DNA of 64,000 nucleotides from the NCBI GenBank assembly GCA_965655675.1, contig CBFHHI010000002.1, positions 3,763 through 67,762 on the forward strand, given 5' to 3'. Positions 40,950-52,829 of this stretch are shown here, in pieces (position 1 is the stretch's first letter; every line of letters starts with the position of its first letter). This stretch comes from Methylophilaceae bacterium. GTDB taxonomy: Bacteria; Pseudomonadota; Gammaproteobacteria; Burkholderiales; Methylophilaceae. Below the pieces are notes generated by a model. That model was not told the origin of the DNA and did not search any database. It saw nothing but the letters and a program-made list of their open reading frames with translations. The translations under genes were made by a program, and so were the position numbers.

Positions 40950-41182
40950 AGACTCCCTAAAAAAATCAACATGCTGATACCAAAGTCATTTGAACAGCAT
41001 GTTATTGACAAATGAATACCGCGCCATCATGGCGCTTAATGTTGTCAGATATTCACGTTCCACCTTTATCTGTCGACTGTCGCTTCAGAAAGTTCCCAAT
41101 CGTTGGCTGAGCAATGACTCACTAGCTGGCTTAACTAAAAATAAGCTCTTTATTTGTTAGTAAAACAAGGTAAACTATTTTG

Positions 41183-41671
41183 ATGTTTTTAATCAATCAA
41201 AAAAGCTACTTGGTTTTTTTAATCATCTCACTTAGCTTACTATCTAGGCCAGTCTACGCTATCGATTGGGCATGGCAGCTCGAAAATGCAAGCATTTTTG
41301 AAAGTGTCATTGCCATTAAGCAGGCTGATGGGACGATCATCCGCCATCACTTTCAGTGTGATCTAACCGATGCGCTAAATGAAAAAACGGAACTGTCTTC
41401 AACCATTGAAGCCGTCACGCCGACATCGCACCCAGACGGTGTATTAGTCGTCACCTGCTATAGAGGTGCGAATACAGAAATGATTGCGATTATTGATCCA
41501 CTGGAAGATAGCGTCGTCTATAAAAAAATAGGCAGTTATTTTGTAGACTGGCATCTGGAAAATGGGAAAATCATCATTGATTACGATAAGCCATGCGAAG
41601 ATACAAAAGAGAAATTATGTACGGATGATCCAAACAATCAGTTCGTAACCGTTTCGCAATCTTGGCCCTAA
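41183..41671 (+). CDS. Hypothetical secreted protein (orphan)
   Basis: Signal peptide ending VYA-ID, four Cys residues, and no motif I recognise. Confidence 0.5.
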   Translation: MFLINQKSYLVFLIISLSLLSRPVYAIDWAWQLENASIFESVIAIKQADGTIIRHHFQCDLTDALNEKTELSSTIEAVTPTSHPDGVLVVTCYRGANTEMIAIIDPLEDSVVYKKIGSYFVDWHLENGKIIIDYDKPCEDTKEKLCTDDPNNQFVTVSQSWP

Positions 41672-41745
41672 GCTTGACTCAATATGCAAATCAACCATTG
41701 GTTTGTAACCATCGTCCAAACCACCAAAAGTTAAAATAATTCAAT

Positions 41746-43017
41746 ATGGCCAAGCTCAACTTAAAAAGTATCCTGTTTAATCAACGCATGTTAGCTTGTG
41801 TTGTACTCGGATTTAGCTCTGGTCTTCCTTTATATTTACTTTTTCAACTATTACCTGCATGGCTGCGTAGCGAAGGTATCGATCTCAAAACCATTGCTGT
41901 ATTTGCCCTCATTCAATTGCCTTACACTTGGAAGTTTATTTGGGCACCATTAATGGATCGATACAACTTGATTGCGCCTATGGGTCGGCGCCGTAGTTGG
42001 ATGCTCGTTACCCAAATCTCACTATTAATTACCATCTGCGCCTATGGATTCTTTAATCCACAATTCAACATCACCAGCATCGCAGTCATTTCTACGCTAG
42101 TCGCCTTATTTTCTGCCAGCCAAGATATTGTCATTGATGCGTTTAGACGTGAGATTTTAAGTGACGAAGAATTAGGCTTAGGCAACAGCATCCACGTTAA
42201 TGCCTATCGTGTTTCAGGCTTAGTGCCGGGCGCATTCGCGTTGATTCTATCCGACCATTTACCTTGGTCTTCCGTGTTTTGGATTGTCGCTTTATTTATG
42301 ATTCCTGGCATACTCATGACAATCTTCACCAAGGAACCACATCGCGCAGAAGCCCCAAAAAGCTTAAAAGCCTCCGTTATAGAACCATTTACCGAATTTA
42401 TGAATCGCGCAGGCATTAGACATGCGCTATTAGTGCTGCTATTTATTTTGCTTTATAAATTAGGCGACAGCATGGCAACCGCACTCGCCACCCCGTTTTA
42501 TATTGATATGGGTTTTAGTAATACCGATATTGGTACCATCGTCAAAGGTAGCGGTTTAGTCATGCAAATATTAGGTGGCTTTATCGGCGGCATTTGGATG
42601 GTTAAAGTTGGCATTAATCGTGGTTTATGGGTATTTGGCATGGTGCAACTGGTCACCATTCTCGGCTTTGCTTGGCTAGCACACGCAGGCCCATTTGAAA
42701 CCATCGGTACGATCGAACGCGGTATGTTAGCCATTGTGATTGGCGGCGAAGCACTAGGCGTTGGCTTAGGCACCGTCGCCTATGTTGCCTACATGGCGCG
42801 CGAAACCAATCCAGCCTACACCGCCACCCAACTCGCTCTTTTCACCAGCTTATCGGCTGTCCCAAGATCAATTTTTAACGCCCTAACAGGCGGCATGGTC
42901 GAAGCACTGGGTTGGGAAATGTTCTTTTATGTGTGTACCTTGTTAGCGATTCCAGGCATGTTGTTATTGTTTAAAGTTGCGCCGTGGAATTCAGCTAAAG
43001 TTAAAGTTGACGCTTAA
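41746..43017 (+). CDS. ampG: AmpG family muropeptide MFS permease
   Basis: 423 aa with multiple TM segments. The N-terminal LGFSSGLPLYLLFQLLPAWLRSEGIDLKTI is typical of AmpG. Confidence 0.88.
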   Translation: MAKLNLKSILFNQRMLACVVLGFSSGLPLYLLFQLLPAWLRSEGIDLKTIAVFALIQLPYTWKFIWAPLMDRYNLIAPMGRRRSWMLVTQISLLITICAYGFFNPQFNITSIAVISTLVALFSASQDIVIDAFRREILSDEELGLGNSIHVNAYRVSGLVPGAFALILSDHLPWSSVFWIVALFMIPGILMTIFTKEPHRAEAPKSLKASVIEPFTEFMNRAGIRHALLVLLFILLYKLGDSMATALATPFYIDMGFSNTDIGTIVKGSGLVMQILGGFIGGIWMVKVGINRGLWVFGMVQLVTILGFAWLAHAGPFETIGTIERGMLAIVIGGEALGVGLGTVAYVAYMARETNPAYTATQLALFTSLSAVPRSIFNALTGGMVEALGWEMFFYVCTLLAIPGMLLLFKVAPWNSAKVKVDA

Positions 43018-43837
43018 CCTCATCTAGTGTTTTCCCATCTTTAAACTTCCACTCAATCCATCCGTTAGCTCTTCTTGCTAATATAACTGCAGCGGATGCG
43101 CTTGGCGAAGAAAAAATATGATCTTTAGTAAAAATCCAAACGCCATCTTTTTCGACTAATACTCCAGCCTCTTTTAGATCATTTCTCATACCTTCAATCC
43201 AAGTACCAGCTGTTTTCGACTCTATAAGATTACATTTACTCCCTGCAAATACAATAATTCCATCTTCCGTATATTCGCCTTCTGCATAAGCATCTTTACC
43301 TTTGCAAACAATCAGCTCTTGATTCTTCGGTTTTTTAATTTCATCAAAAACTGGAAAGCCTAAGGTAGATGCAAGTATTTGAATGGTCTCAAAGTTATCA
43401 TATAAATCCGCTTCTACCGATTCAGACACATGCGGTTTTGTGGGTGAATTTGCATTTTCAAGTATGTATCTATTCGCTTGTATAGCTACTTCGCAACATA
43501 ACCACTCAAGAAACTTAATGTGTGTTTTAGTGAAGTATTGCGTCTTTGAGACGAAAGCCACTGCATGCGTCCAAAAGTCTTTACTTTTATTGTGTTGTTT
43601 AATCCGTACTAAACACTCTTCAGCTTCACCAATATAAACTTGTGGCTTAGTTTCATTGTTGCCAAAAAGAAGATAAACGCCTACATTCCTCAATTCTTCT
43701 CTTTGTGCTGCATCTTCTAATAAAGACCTAGGAATTAAAACTGCCTTTACGGTTCGGCTTGTTATTTCAGCAATCTTTAAACCTCTAGGATTACCATCTG
43801 GTAAATATATCTGAATCGTTTTGCCAATTTGTTTCAT
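43001..43837 (-). CDS. GIY-YIG nuclease-like protein with C-terminal DUF4357 domain
   Basis: GVYLLFG...VYIGEAE...RIKQH resembles a GIY-YIG core. The C-terminal SPSASAAVILARRANGWIEWK matches the DUF4357 signature. The gene is AT-rich and overlaps the ampG 3' end by 17 nt. Confidence 0.7.
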   Translation of the reverse strand: MKQIGKTIQIYLPDGNPRGLKIAEITSRTVKAVLIPRSLLEDAAQREELRNVGVYLLFGNNETKPQVYIGEAEECLVRIKQHNKSKDFWTHAVAFVSKTQYFTKTHIKFLEWLCCEVAIQANRYILENANSPTKPHVSESVEADLYDNFETIQILASTLGFPVFDEIKKPKNQELIVCKGKDAYAEGEYTEDGIIVFAGSKCNLIESKTAGTWIEGMRNDLKEAGVLVEKDGVWIFTKDHIFSSPSASAAVILARRANGWIEWKFKDGKTLDEVKRQL

Positions 43838-44062
43838 TATTTTAATTTTTCAGTTTTATTTATTCAGTACGATCATATCACTCAGAATCATTTATCACTA
43901 TTTTTCCAACTTCATATCGCAGGCTTTGTCAGTGCTTTTAGGTCGATAATAGACGTAGTGAATTACACTTAAGTTATTGTCGGCTTAAATATGCTGTATT
44001 TTATGTAAGCGTTTTAGTTTATTGGCGACTAAGTAAGTAATAATCCAATTGGAGCTTATCTT

Positions 44063-44836
44063 ATGCAAGCAAAGCCCATCATTACTTACTTACTTTCAAG
44101 CCTATTACTGCTTAGTCAAATACAATCCATTGCCACCGAATGCGCTGCAAAAAGTAGCAACAAAACCACACCTTTACTAGAGCTCTACACCTCAGAAAGT
44201 TGTAGCAGTTGTCCGCCAGCAGATAAATGGATTAGCGAAATTAAGCATGATAAAGCCGAAGTCACTCCGCTCGCTTTTCACGTCGATTATTGGGATTACA
44301 TTGGTTGGAAAGATCAATTCTCTAAGGCTGAGTATAGCGACAGACAGCGTAAAACTGCAGCTTTTGGTGGGGCTGGTTTTGTTTATACGCCGCAGTTTGT
44401 GTTGAATGGGCGTGATTTTAAAGGTTGGGATAATAGCCGTTTAAAGAGTGCGATTAATCAGACAGCACAAATAGCATCACGTGCAGATTTAACCCTCAAC
44501 GCGGTGAATGAGGCGGATGGCAGCATTACGCTGATAGCCAATGCAGAATCATTAAATCCTAAACTGACTAAAAATGCAGATGTGTTTGTGGCCTTATATG
44601 AGAATGGCCTGATTACCCAAGTGAAAGCGGGGGAAAATAATGGTCGAGAATTGAAGCATGATTATGTGGTGCGCCAACTATTTGGCGCATACCAACTCAA
44701 TAACCAGCATCAATTTAGTAAACACTTTGCTTTACCTAATTCTTGGAAAAGCAAAGATGCGGGCGCAGTGATTTTTGTGCAAGACAGTAGCAATAGCGAG
44801 ATTATGCAGAGTTTAGCGCTAGATTTTTGCAGTTAA
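44063..44836 (+). CDS. DUF1223 domain secreted thioredoxin-like protein
   Basis: Signal peptide, then LELYTSESCSSCPPADKW, the hallmark CxxC segment of DUF1223. Confidence 0.75.
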   Translation: MQAKPIITYLLSSLLLLSQIQSIATECAAKSSNKTTPLLELYTSESCSSCPPADKWISEIKHDKAEVTPLAFHVDYWDYIGWKDQFSKAEYSDRQRKTAAFGGAGFVYTPQFVLNGRDFKGWDNSRLKSAINQTAQIASRADLTLNAVNEADGSITLIANAESLNPKLTKNADVFVALYENGLITQVKAGENNGRELKHDYVVRQLFGAYQLNNQHQFSKHFALPNSWKSKDAGAVIFVQDSSNSEIMQSLALDFCS

Positions 44837-45606
44837 TCTTGATAATCAATCACCAGTGGCGCATGGTCGCTGAATTTTTCAGCTTTATAGATTGAAGCCG
44901 TCACTGCTTTTGCCGCTAATCCAGGCGTGACCACCTGATAATCGATACGCCAACCAACATTGTTTGCATAAGCTTGACCGCGATTGCTCCACCAAGTGTA
45001 ACAGGCATCAGTCGTGTCAGGATATAACTTGCGATAAGCATCCACCCAGCCAACACGATCAAATAAATCAGTCATCCATGCGCGCTCTTCTGGCAAGAAG
45101 CCAGAATTCTTTTTGTTGCCTTTATAGTTTTTTAAATCAATTTCTTGATGCGCAATATTCCAATCACCACAAATAACAACATCAAATCCGCTATTAATCA
45201 ATTGCTCAAGATGCGGCATAAAACGATGCATGACGCTAAATTTAAATGCTTGTCTTTCCTCGCCACTAGAGCCGCTTGGCAAATACAATGACACCACTGC
45301 AAGCTTGCCAAAACGACATTCGATATAGCGCCCTTCTGCATCAATATCATCAATGCCTAAACCAATAATCACTTCATCTGGCTTTTGCTTAGTATAAATA
45401 CCAACGCCGCTATACCCTTTTTTTTGCGCATAATGAAAATAGCCGTAATAACCTGCTGGGGCTTGCATTTCTTCGGTCAAATCATCAGCCTGTGCTTTTA
45501 ATTCTTGCAAACAAATAATATCTGGCTGCGTTTGATATAACCAAGGAAAAAAGCCTTTATTGGCCGCAGAGCGGATTCCATTTAAATTCAACGTTATAAT
45601 ACGCAT
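44833..45606 (-). CDS. xthA: Exodeoxyribonuclease III
   Basis: 257 aa. Contains MRIITLNLNGIRS, CLQELK, GDWNIAH and SDHAP. Confidence 0.93.
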   Translation of the reverse strand: MRIITLNLNGIRSAANKGFFPWLYQTQPDIICLQELKAQADDLTEEMQAPAGYYGYFHYAQKKGYSGVGIYTKQKPDEVIIGLGIDDIDAEGRYIECRFGKLAVVSLYLPSGSSGEERQAFKFSVMHRFMPHLEQLINSGFDVVICGDWNIAHQEIDLKNYKGNKKNSGFLPEERAWMTDLFDRVGWVDAYRKLYPDTTDACYTWWSNRGQAYANNVGWRIDYQVVTPGLAAKAVTASIYKAEKFSDHAPLVIDYQD

Positions 45607-45631
45607 TTAGTTCCTTTAATTTAGATTCGTT

Positions 45632-46288
45632 ATGTCACTTAATGATCACGATATATCACAAGATTTCATCACATTTTGTATCACCCAACAGGTGCTTAAG
45701 TTTGGTGAATTTAAAACAAAAGCTGGAAGATTAAGTCCTTATTTTTTTAATGCTGGCTTATTTAATGATGGTAATAGTTTATTGAAATTAGGGGAATTTT
45801 ACGCCAATAGCATCGAAAAATCAGGTATCGCATTTGATATGTTATTTGGCCCAGCTTATAAAGGTATTCCATTAGCCACCAGTATTGCGATTGCTTTTGC
45901 AAAAAAAGGGCGCAATTTGCCTTACGCGTATAATCGTAAAGAAGCCAAAGACCATGGAGAAGGTGGTACAGTGGTTGGTGCGCCATTAAGAGGTCGTGTA
46001 TTGATTATTGATGATGTCATTTCTGCCGGCACATCGGTACGTGAGTCGGTTGATTTGATTCAGGCAAATGGCGCGATTGCTTGCGGTGTGAGCATTGCCT
46101 TAGATAGGCAAGAAAAAGGCTTGGGCGAATTATCTGCAACGCAAGAAGTGGAACAGAACAACCATATGCCAGTGATTAGTATTGCCAAACTAAGTGATTT
46201 ATTAGCCCATATTGAAAATGGCGATGCTTTAACGCCGTATTTAGCGGCAATACAACAATACCAGCAAAGGTATTGCATTACTGCTTAA
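45632..46288 (+). CDS. pyrE: Orotate phosphoribosyltransferase
   Basis: 218 aa with the PRPP-binding motif VLIIDDVISAGTS. Confidence 0.95.
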   Translation: MSLNDHDISQDFITFCITQQVLKFGEFKTKAGRLSPYFFNAGLFNDGNSLLKLGEFYANSIEKSGIAFDMLFGPAYKGIPLATSIAIAFAKKGRNLPYAYNRKEAKDHGEGGTVVGAPLRGRVLIIDDVISAGTSVRESVDLIQANGAIACGVSIALDRQEKGLGELSATQEVEQNNHMPVISIAKLSDLLAHIENGDALTPYLAAIQQYQQRYCITA

Positions 46289-46323
46289 TGAGAAGTAATT
46301 TTAAACTAAAGCCTTCAATCAAG

Positions 46324-46869
46324 ATGAATACTGTTACGATCAAATTTCGATTGCATGCTGTAATTATTATGAGCACATTGCTTAGTCAATTGGCGCACGC
46401 TGATAGTCAGAAAATTATTAAGTGGATTGATAACCATGGGGTTACCCATTACGGCGACAAACCACCTATGCCTGATGAAATTTCAAATGAATCTAGTGTA
46501 CTCAACAAGCAAGGCGTGACAATCGAAAAAACCATACTCAAAAAACAAAAAGAAACGACTTCAATTGAAGAGAGCAAACTATCTGCCGAACAAAAAAGAT
46601 ATGATCATGCACTGCTGTCGTCTTATACCTCTATCGAAGAAATTGAACTTGCACGCAAGCGAAACGTGAAAATAGATGAACTAGCACTAGACGACTTAAA
46701 ACAAAAACGAAAGCGTATGCAAGAATCAACAGAGCAATTTAACAAAATAGCATTGCAAAAAATGGAAGAACAGATTCGCAAACAACAAACAGTGATTGCC
46801 AATATTAATCAGCGTTATGAAAAAGACAAAAAGCGCTTCATTGAATTAACAGGCAACAACAATCTGTAA
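46324..46869 (+). CDS. DUF4124 domain protein with coiled-coil C-terminus (paralogue of 7886-8392)
   Basis: Signal peptide, the IKWIDNHGVTHYGDKPP motif and a K/E/Q-rich tail. The ATG at 46324 is preferred because the longer ORF overlaps pyrE. Confidence 0.7.
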   Translation: MNTVTIKFRLHAVIIMSTLLSQLAHADSQKIIKWIDNHGVTHYGDKPPMPDEISNESSVLNKQGVTIEKTILKKQKETTSIEESKLSAEQKRYDHALLSSYTSIEEIELARKRNVKIDELALDDLKQKRKRMQESTEQFNKIALQKMEEQIRKQQTVIANINQRYEKDKKRFIELTGNNNL

Positions 46870-46899
46870 TAAGTTAACAAGTCCGACTAGTAGCCGTTT

Positions 46900-48363
46900 T
46901 TAATTACTGAGTTTTGCTTTCAAAATAGTATTCACTTGTGCTGGATTTGCCTTACCTTTTGACGCCTTCATAATCTGGCCAACCAACGCATTAAATGCTT
47001 TTTCTTTACCCGCTTTAAATTCCTCAACCATGGCTTGATTTGCGCTAAGCACTTCATCAATCATCGCTTCAATAGCACCAGTATCCGAAACTTGTTTTAA
47101 GCCTTTTGCTTCAATAATGGCATCAACATCAGATTCACCTAACCACATTGCTTCAAATACTTGTTTTGCAGCATTATTAGAGATAGTGCCATCTGCAATT
47201 CGCTTGGTTAATTGCGCCAAAACAACCGCATCAATCGGCGAATCAGCAATGCTTTTATCTTCTGCATTTAGCTTTGCACTAATGCCACCCATCACCCAGT
47301 TTGCAGCCAGCTTTGCATCACCGCCAGCGCGAATCACCTGCTCAAAATAGTCTGCAATATTTTTGCTAGCAGTTAATGAAGAAGCATCATAAGGTGAGAG
47401 TGCATACTCACTTTCAAAGCGCGCTTTCATGGCTTCTGGCAACTCAGGCATGTCTGCCTTTACTGCCGCCTTATCGGCTTCTGTAATTTCAAGTGGCAAT
47501 AAATCAGGATCGGGAAAATAGCGGTAATCGTTCGCTTCCTCTTTGCTCCGCATGGCGCGCGTTTCACCCGTATCGGGATTAAATAACACCGTTGCCTGCT
47601 GTATCTTGCCGCCATCTTCTAGCGTGTCAATTTGCCATTGCGTTTCATAAGCAATCGCTTGTTGCATAAACTTGAATGAGTTTAAGTTTTTAATCTCACG
47701 TCGTGTGCCCAACTCTGTCGTGCCTTTTGGTCGCACGGAAACATTGACATCACAACGGAAGCTCCCTTCTTGCATATTGCCATCGCAAATACCTATCCAC
47801 TGCACCAGCTCATGCAATTTTTTGGCGTAAGCAACCGCCTCTGCAGCCGAGCGCATATCAGGCTCAGTCACAATTTCTAGCAATGGTGTTCCCGCTCGAT
47901 TCAGATCAATACCACTCATGCCTTCAACGGCAGTATCAGACTTTAAATCATGTACCGATTTACCTGCGTCTTCTTCCAAATGCGCGCGGGTAATATGAAT
48001 CACTTTTTCATAGGCTTCATTTTTACCAACAGCAGGCACTTGTATCGTCACCTTACCTTTGCCAACCACAGGTAATTCAAATTGACTAATTTGATAGCCT
48101 TTTGGTAAATCTGGATAAAAATAATTTTTACGCGAAAACACAGAACGTGGCGCAATTTCTGCATCAATCGCTAGGCCAAATTTAATCGCACATTGCACCG
48201 CCTCTTTATTCAGCACCGGCAACACACCTGGCAACGCAATGCTCACTTCGCATGCCTGGGTATTTGGCTCTGCACCATAAGCAGTAGAAGCACCACTGAA
48301 AATTTTCGTTTTTGTTTTTAGCTGAGTATGCGTCTCAAGCCCGATAACAACTTCCCACTCCAT
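46900..48363 (-). CDS. gatB: Asp/Glu-tRNA(Asn/Gln) amidotransferase subunit B
   Basis: 487 aa. Contains [10 protein letters not shown] and [11 protein letters not shown], plus a C-terminal YqeY-like domain. Confidence 0.95.
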   Translation of the reverse strand: MEWEVVIGLETHTQLKTKTKIFSGASTAYGAEPNTQACEVSIALPGVLPVLNKEAVQCAIKFGLAIDAEIAPRSVFSRKNYFYPDLPKGYQISQFELPVVGKGKVTIQVPAVGKNEAYEKVIHITRAHLEEDAGKSVHDLKSDTAVEGMSGIDLNRAGTPLLEIVTEPDMRSAAEAVAYAKKLHELVQWIGICDGNMQEGSFRCDVNVSVRPKGTTELGTRREIKNLNSFKFMQQAIAYETQWQIDTLEDGGKIQQATVLFNPDTGETRAMRSKEEANDYRYFPDPDLLPLEITEADKAAVKADMPELPEAMKARFESEYALSPYDASSLTASKNIADYFEQVIRAGGDAKLAANWVMGGISAKLNAEDKSIADSPIDAVVLAQLTKRIADGTISNNAAKQVFEAMWLGESDVDAIIEAKGLKQVSDTGAIEAMIDEVLSANQAMVEEFKAGKEKAFNALVGQIMKASKGKANPAQVNTILKAKLSN

Positions 48364-49817
48364 TATGCAATTCCTTTAGGCATTCTTGTATGCCAATCTG
48401 TCACTTGTTGATAGGCATGTCCAACGTTCAACATGCGTGCTTCATCAAAATAATTACCAATAATTTGCAAACCAACTGGCAAATCATGACTAAACCCTGC
48501 CGGAATACTCATGCCTGGCAACCCTGCCAAGTTTGTGGCAATGGTATAAATATCTTGTAAATACATCGCTACTGGATCACCCGTTTTTTCACCTGTTTTA
48601 AACGCTGTAGATGGTACAGTGGGGCCCATGATGATGTCGCAATGTTTAAATGCAGCTTTAAAATCATCGGCAATTAAATGTCGAATTTTCTGCGCTTTTA
48701 CATAATAAGCATCGTAATACCCTGCACTCAATACATAAGTACCAATCAAGATACGGCGCTTCACTTCTTCACCAAAGCCTTCTGCACGGCTCTTCATATA
48801 CATTTCCATCAAGTCATCATATTCTGCGGCACGATGTCCATAGCGCACACCATCATAACGAGAAAGATTACTAGACGCTTCTGCGGGCGCCAAGACGTAA
48901 TACACTGGAATTGATAATTGAGCATTTGGCAACGATATATCAACAAACTCAGCACCTAATTTTTTGTATTCTGCAATCGCAGCATCAATGACTGTTGCGA
49001 CATCGCTGTCTAATCCTTCGGCAAAATACTCCTTAGGCAAGCCCACTTTTAAACCAGCCAATGGTTGATTTAATTTGGCACTATAGTCTTCTTTAGGATG
49101 ATTCAAACTGGTTGAATCACGCGCATCAAAACCGGCCATCACATTCATCATTAAGGCACAATCTTCTGCTGATTTAGCCATTGGCCCCGCTTGATCAAGA
49201 CTAGAAGCAAAAGCAATCATACCGTAACGTGAAACCAATCCATAAGTTGGTTTTAAGCCAGTAAAGCCACACAAGGAAGCTGGCTGGCGAATGGAGCCGC
49301 CTGTATCGGTGCCTGTTGCTGCCGCACATAAACGCGCCGCCACTGCCGCAGCTGAACCACCACTACTGCCGCCAGGCACACGCGTTAAATCCCAAGGGTT
49401 TTTAACCCCACCAAAATAACTGGTTTCATTGGATGAACCCATCGCAAATTCATCCATATTGGTTTTACCCAAATTAACCGCACCCACGTTATTAAATTGC
49501 GTAATCACATGTGCGTCGTAAGGCGCGACAAAGTTTTCTAGCATTTTAGAACCGCAAGTCGTTTTCCAATCTTTGGCACAAAAAATATCTTTTTGGGCAA
49601 ACGGAATACCAGTTAAGCTTGTTGCTGTGCCAGCAGCAATACTGATATCTGCAGCTTTGGCTTGTGCCAAACTTTTGTCTGCATCTACGGTTATATAAGC
49701 ATTAATGTCAGGGTTATATTGACGAATACGATCTAAAAATGTTTGCGTCATTTCTACGCTGGAGATTGTTTTATTCGCCAACATTTGGCTTAAAGTTTTA
49801 AGGCTGTGGTTAATCAT
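48363..49817 (-). CDS. gatA: Asp/Glu-tRNA(Asn/Gln) amidotransferase subunit A
   Basis: 484 aa with the amidase signature [13 protein letters not shown]...[12 protein letters not shown]. Confidence 0.95.
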   Translation of the reverse strand: MINHSLKTLSQMLANKTISSVEMTQTFLDRIRQYNPDINAYITVDADKSLAQAKAADISIAAGTATSLTGIPFAQKDIFCAKDWKTTCGSKMLENFVAPYDAHVITQFNNVGAVNLGKTNMDEFAMGSSNETSYFGGVKNPWDLTRVPGGSSGGSAAAVAARLCAAATGTDTGGSIRQPASLCGFTGLKPTYGLVSRYGMIAFASSLDQAGPMAKSAEDCALMMNVMAGFDARDSTSLNHPKEDYSAKLNQPLAGLKVGLPKEYFAEGLDSDVATVIDAAIAEYKKLGAEFVDISLPNAQLSIPVYYVLAPAEASSNLSRYDGVRYGHRAAEYDDLMEMYMKSRAEGFGEEVKRRILIGTYVLSAGYYDAYYVKAQKIRHLIADDFKAAFKHCDIIMGPTVPSTAFKTGEKTGDPVAMYLQDIYTIATNLAGLPGMSIPAGFSHDLPVGLQIIGNYFDEARMLNVGHAYQQVTDWHTRMPKGIA

Positions 49818-49876
49818 GATTTTCTATATATTCAAAGCAGTCTGATTCGGGACGATTGATGGTATATCTAGTGTGG

Positions 49877-50164
49877 CTATTCAATGACTTTTGGCACCAA
49901 ATACAGACCCCCATCAACAGCAGGCGCGTTTGCTTGGAAGGCTTCACGCTGATTGGTGGCTGTAACAACGTCATCCCTTAACCGTTGCACCACGTCTTGC
50001 GAATGTGACATGGGCGCAATGTCTGCGGTATCGATAGCCTGCATTTGCTCAATCAGAGTCAAAATACCGGTCAATTTGGTGAGCGTTTTATCGGCTTCTG
50101 CATCACTGATGTCGATGCGTGCTAAATGTGCAATGCGCTTAATATCGGAATTATCTAATGCCAT
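49877..50164 (-). CDS. gatC: Asp/Glu-tRNA(Asn/Gln) amidotransferase subunit C
   Basis: 95 aa. The IAHLARI motif is present and the gene is first in gatCAB. Confidence 0.9.
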   Translation of the reverse strand: MALDNSDIKRIAHLARIDISDAEADKTLTKLTGILTLIEQMQAIDTADIAPMSHSQDVVQRLRDDVVTATNQREAFQANAPAVDGGLYLVPKVIE

Positions 50165-50303
50165 AAACTGTTTCTATTTTTCTGTTTCTTAACTTTAGTG
50201 TAATAAACTTTAATTGTGACTTAATTTTAAGCCGAATATACGTTATTATACCTTGATTTTATATCCCATCTTATTTTAGGCATGTGATTAATAAGCTCGT
50301 TAG

Positions 50304-51368
<1,065 letters not shown>

Positions 51369-51403
51369 TTATTGCGCATTTCAATTCAATCCATTACAAC
51401 GGT

Positions 51404-52351
51404 ATGCTTAAAGGCGTTCATCAGAAACTAGAGCCTCAACAATCTCCAGCTTTTTTTGTCCATGGCGCAAGTCCGTTCTCTCGTATGGTGCTTTTCTGCG
51501 CTTTATCCATCATTTTAATGGCTGTTGATGCCAAATTAAATTACCTGTCTCAGGTCCGTCAAGCTTTTATTGGCGGACTGCATCCTATAGAAGTCATTGC
51601 CAATATGCCCAGTGAGTTTATACGAGATGCCAAGAAGTATTTTTCTGTACATAATGCGCTAGTCCAGGAAAACTATATTCTTAGGCAGCAGGCATTCGAA
51701 CATGCGATTAAATTACAACGCTTGAATAGCTTGCAAGCTGAGAATGCACATTTACGTAGTTTGCTTGGTGGTGACATCCCTATTCATCCAAGAGCAATTT
51801 TAGGCGATATTTCACATACAGGAAGAGACCCATTCAGAAACGTTGTGATTGTTAATCGGGGCAGCCAACACAATATACAAGCTGGACAAGCTGTTGTTGA
51901 TGCAAAAGGCATACTCGGTCAGGTTACGCGTGTGTACCCATTTAGCAGTGAAGTCACCTTAATTACGGACAAGAATTTATCGATTCCAGTACAAGTTGAG
52001 CGGAATCAATTACGTGCGATTGCATTTGGACAAAGCGGTAATACGCTTGATATTCCTTACTTACCTTCCAATGTTGACATTAAGATTGGTGATAAGTTGG
52101 TCACTTCTGGTATTGATGGCATTTATCCTGCAGGGCTGGCTGTTGCGACTGTTACAAAAATCGATCAGGATTCAAAATCTCCTTTTGCAAAAATCATTAG
52201 CACACCTACAGCCCAAGTAAGCCACCATTTACAACTCTTAATCTTAGAGTTACCTGATGCTAAAGCAGCTCCTATTGAACAGCCAGAAACTGTAGAAGAT
52301 AATCCAATCAATACCATCGAGGAAAAGGCTCAACAAGATGCGCGCACCTAG
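51404..52351 (+). CDS. mreC: Rod shape-determining protein MreC
   Basis: TM segment, a coiled coil (ENAHLRSLL) and beta-rich domains (VTSGIDGIYPAGL). Confidence 0.9.
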   Translation: MLKGVHQKLEPQQSPAFFVHGASPFSRMVLFCALSIILMAVDAKLNYLSQVRQAFIGGLHPIEVIANMPSEFIRDAKKYFSVHNALVQENYILRQQAFEHAIKLQRLNSLQAENAHLRSLLGGDIPIHPRAILGDISHTGRDPFRNVVIVNRGSQHNIQAGQAVVDAKGILGQVTRVYPFSSEVTLITDKNLSIPVQVERNQLRAIAFGQSGNTLDIPYLPSNVDIKIGDKLVTSGIDGIYPAGLAVATVTKIDQDSKSPFAKIISTPTAQVSHHLQLLILELPDAKAAPIEQPETVEDNPINTIEEKAQQDART

Positions 52352-52823
52352 TCGATTATTGGTTTATAGCACTTTATTTGCCGCTTTGCTTTTGCAGCTC
52401 TTTCCTTGGACAGGTGATGGCGTTATTTTACGACCTGATTTTATGCTGGTTGTATTGATTTATTGGATTTTTCGTGCGCCTTATTTTTGTAATATAGGCA
52501 CAGCATGGCTTGCTGGAGCGCTGGTTGATGTAGCTACTGGCAGTCTATTAGGTCAATACGCTTTAGCCTTTACGCTCACGGCATATGTCGCACTACTGTT
52601 TCAACGTCGACTGGTTTTGTTTAGCACATTCCAACTATTGTTTTTTACCTTTACTTTATTAGTTTTTACACGCATTACCATATTAGTACTCAAACTATTT
52701 TCAGGTAACGATGCACCAGATATGCATTATTTCTGGCCTGTTATATCAGGTGTCTTATTATTGCATCTCATGCGTTTATTTCTTGGACCCATTACGCAAT
52801 CATCATCCAGTAAGGCTAACTAA
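52338..52823 (+). CDS. mreD: Rod shape-determining protein MreD
   Basis: 161 aa polytopic membrane protein that overlaps mreC, in conserved gene order. Confidence 0.85.
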   Translation: MRAPSRLLVYSTLFAALLLQLFPWTGDGVILRPDFMLVVLIYWIFRAPYFCNIGTAWLAGALVDVATGSLLGQYALAFTLTAYVALLFQRRLVLFSTFQLLFFTFTLLVFTRITILVLKLFSGNDAPDMHYFWPVISGVLLLHLMRLFLGPITQSSSSKAN

Positions 52824-52829
52824 ACGAAT

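Noticed and set aside
40968-41003. 9-bp inverted repeat AACATGCTG-N18-CAGCATGTT in the 5' region of the DUF481 gene, plus a nearby GCGCC-ATCAT-GGCGC hairpin at 41021-41035.
   Set aside because: The stems are short, no U-run follows, and there is no recognisable motif. They could be a UTR structure or an operator, but nothing distinguishes them from chance.
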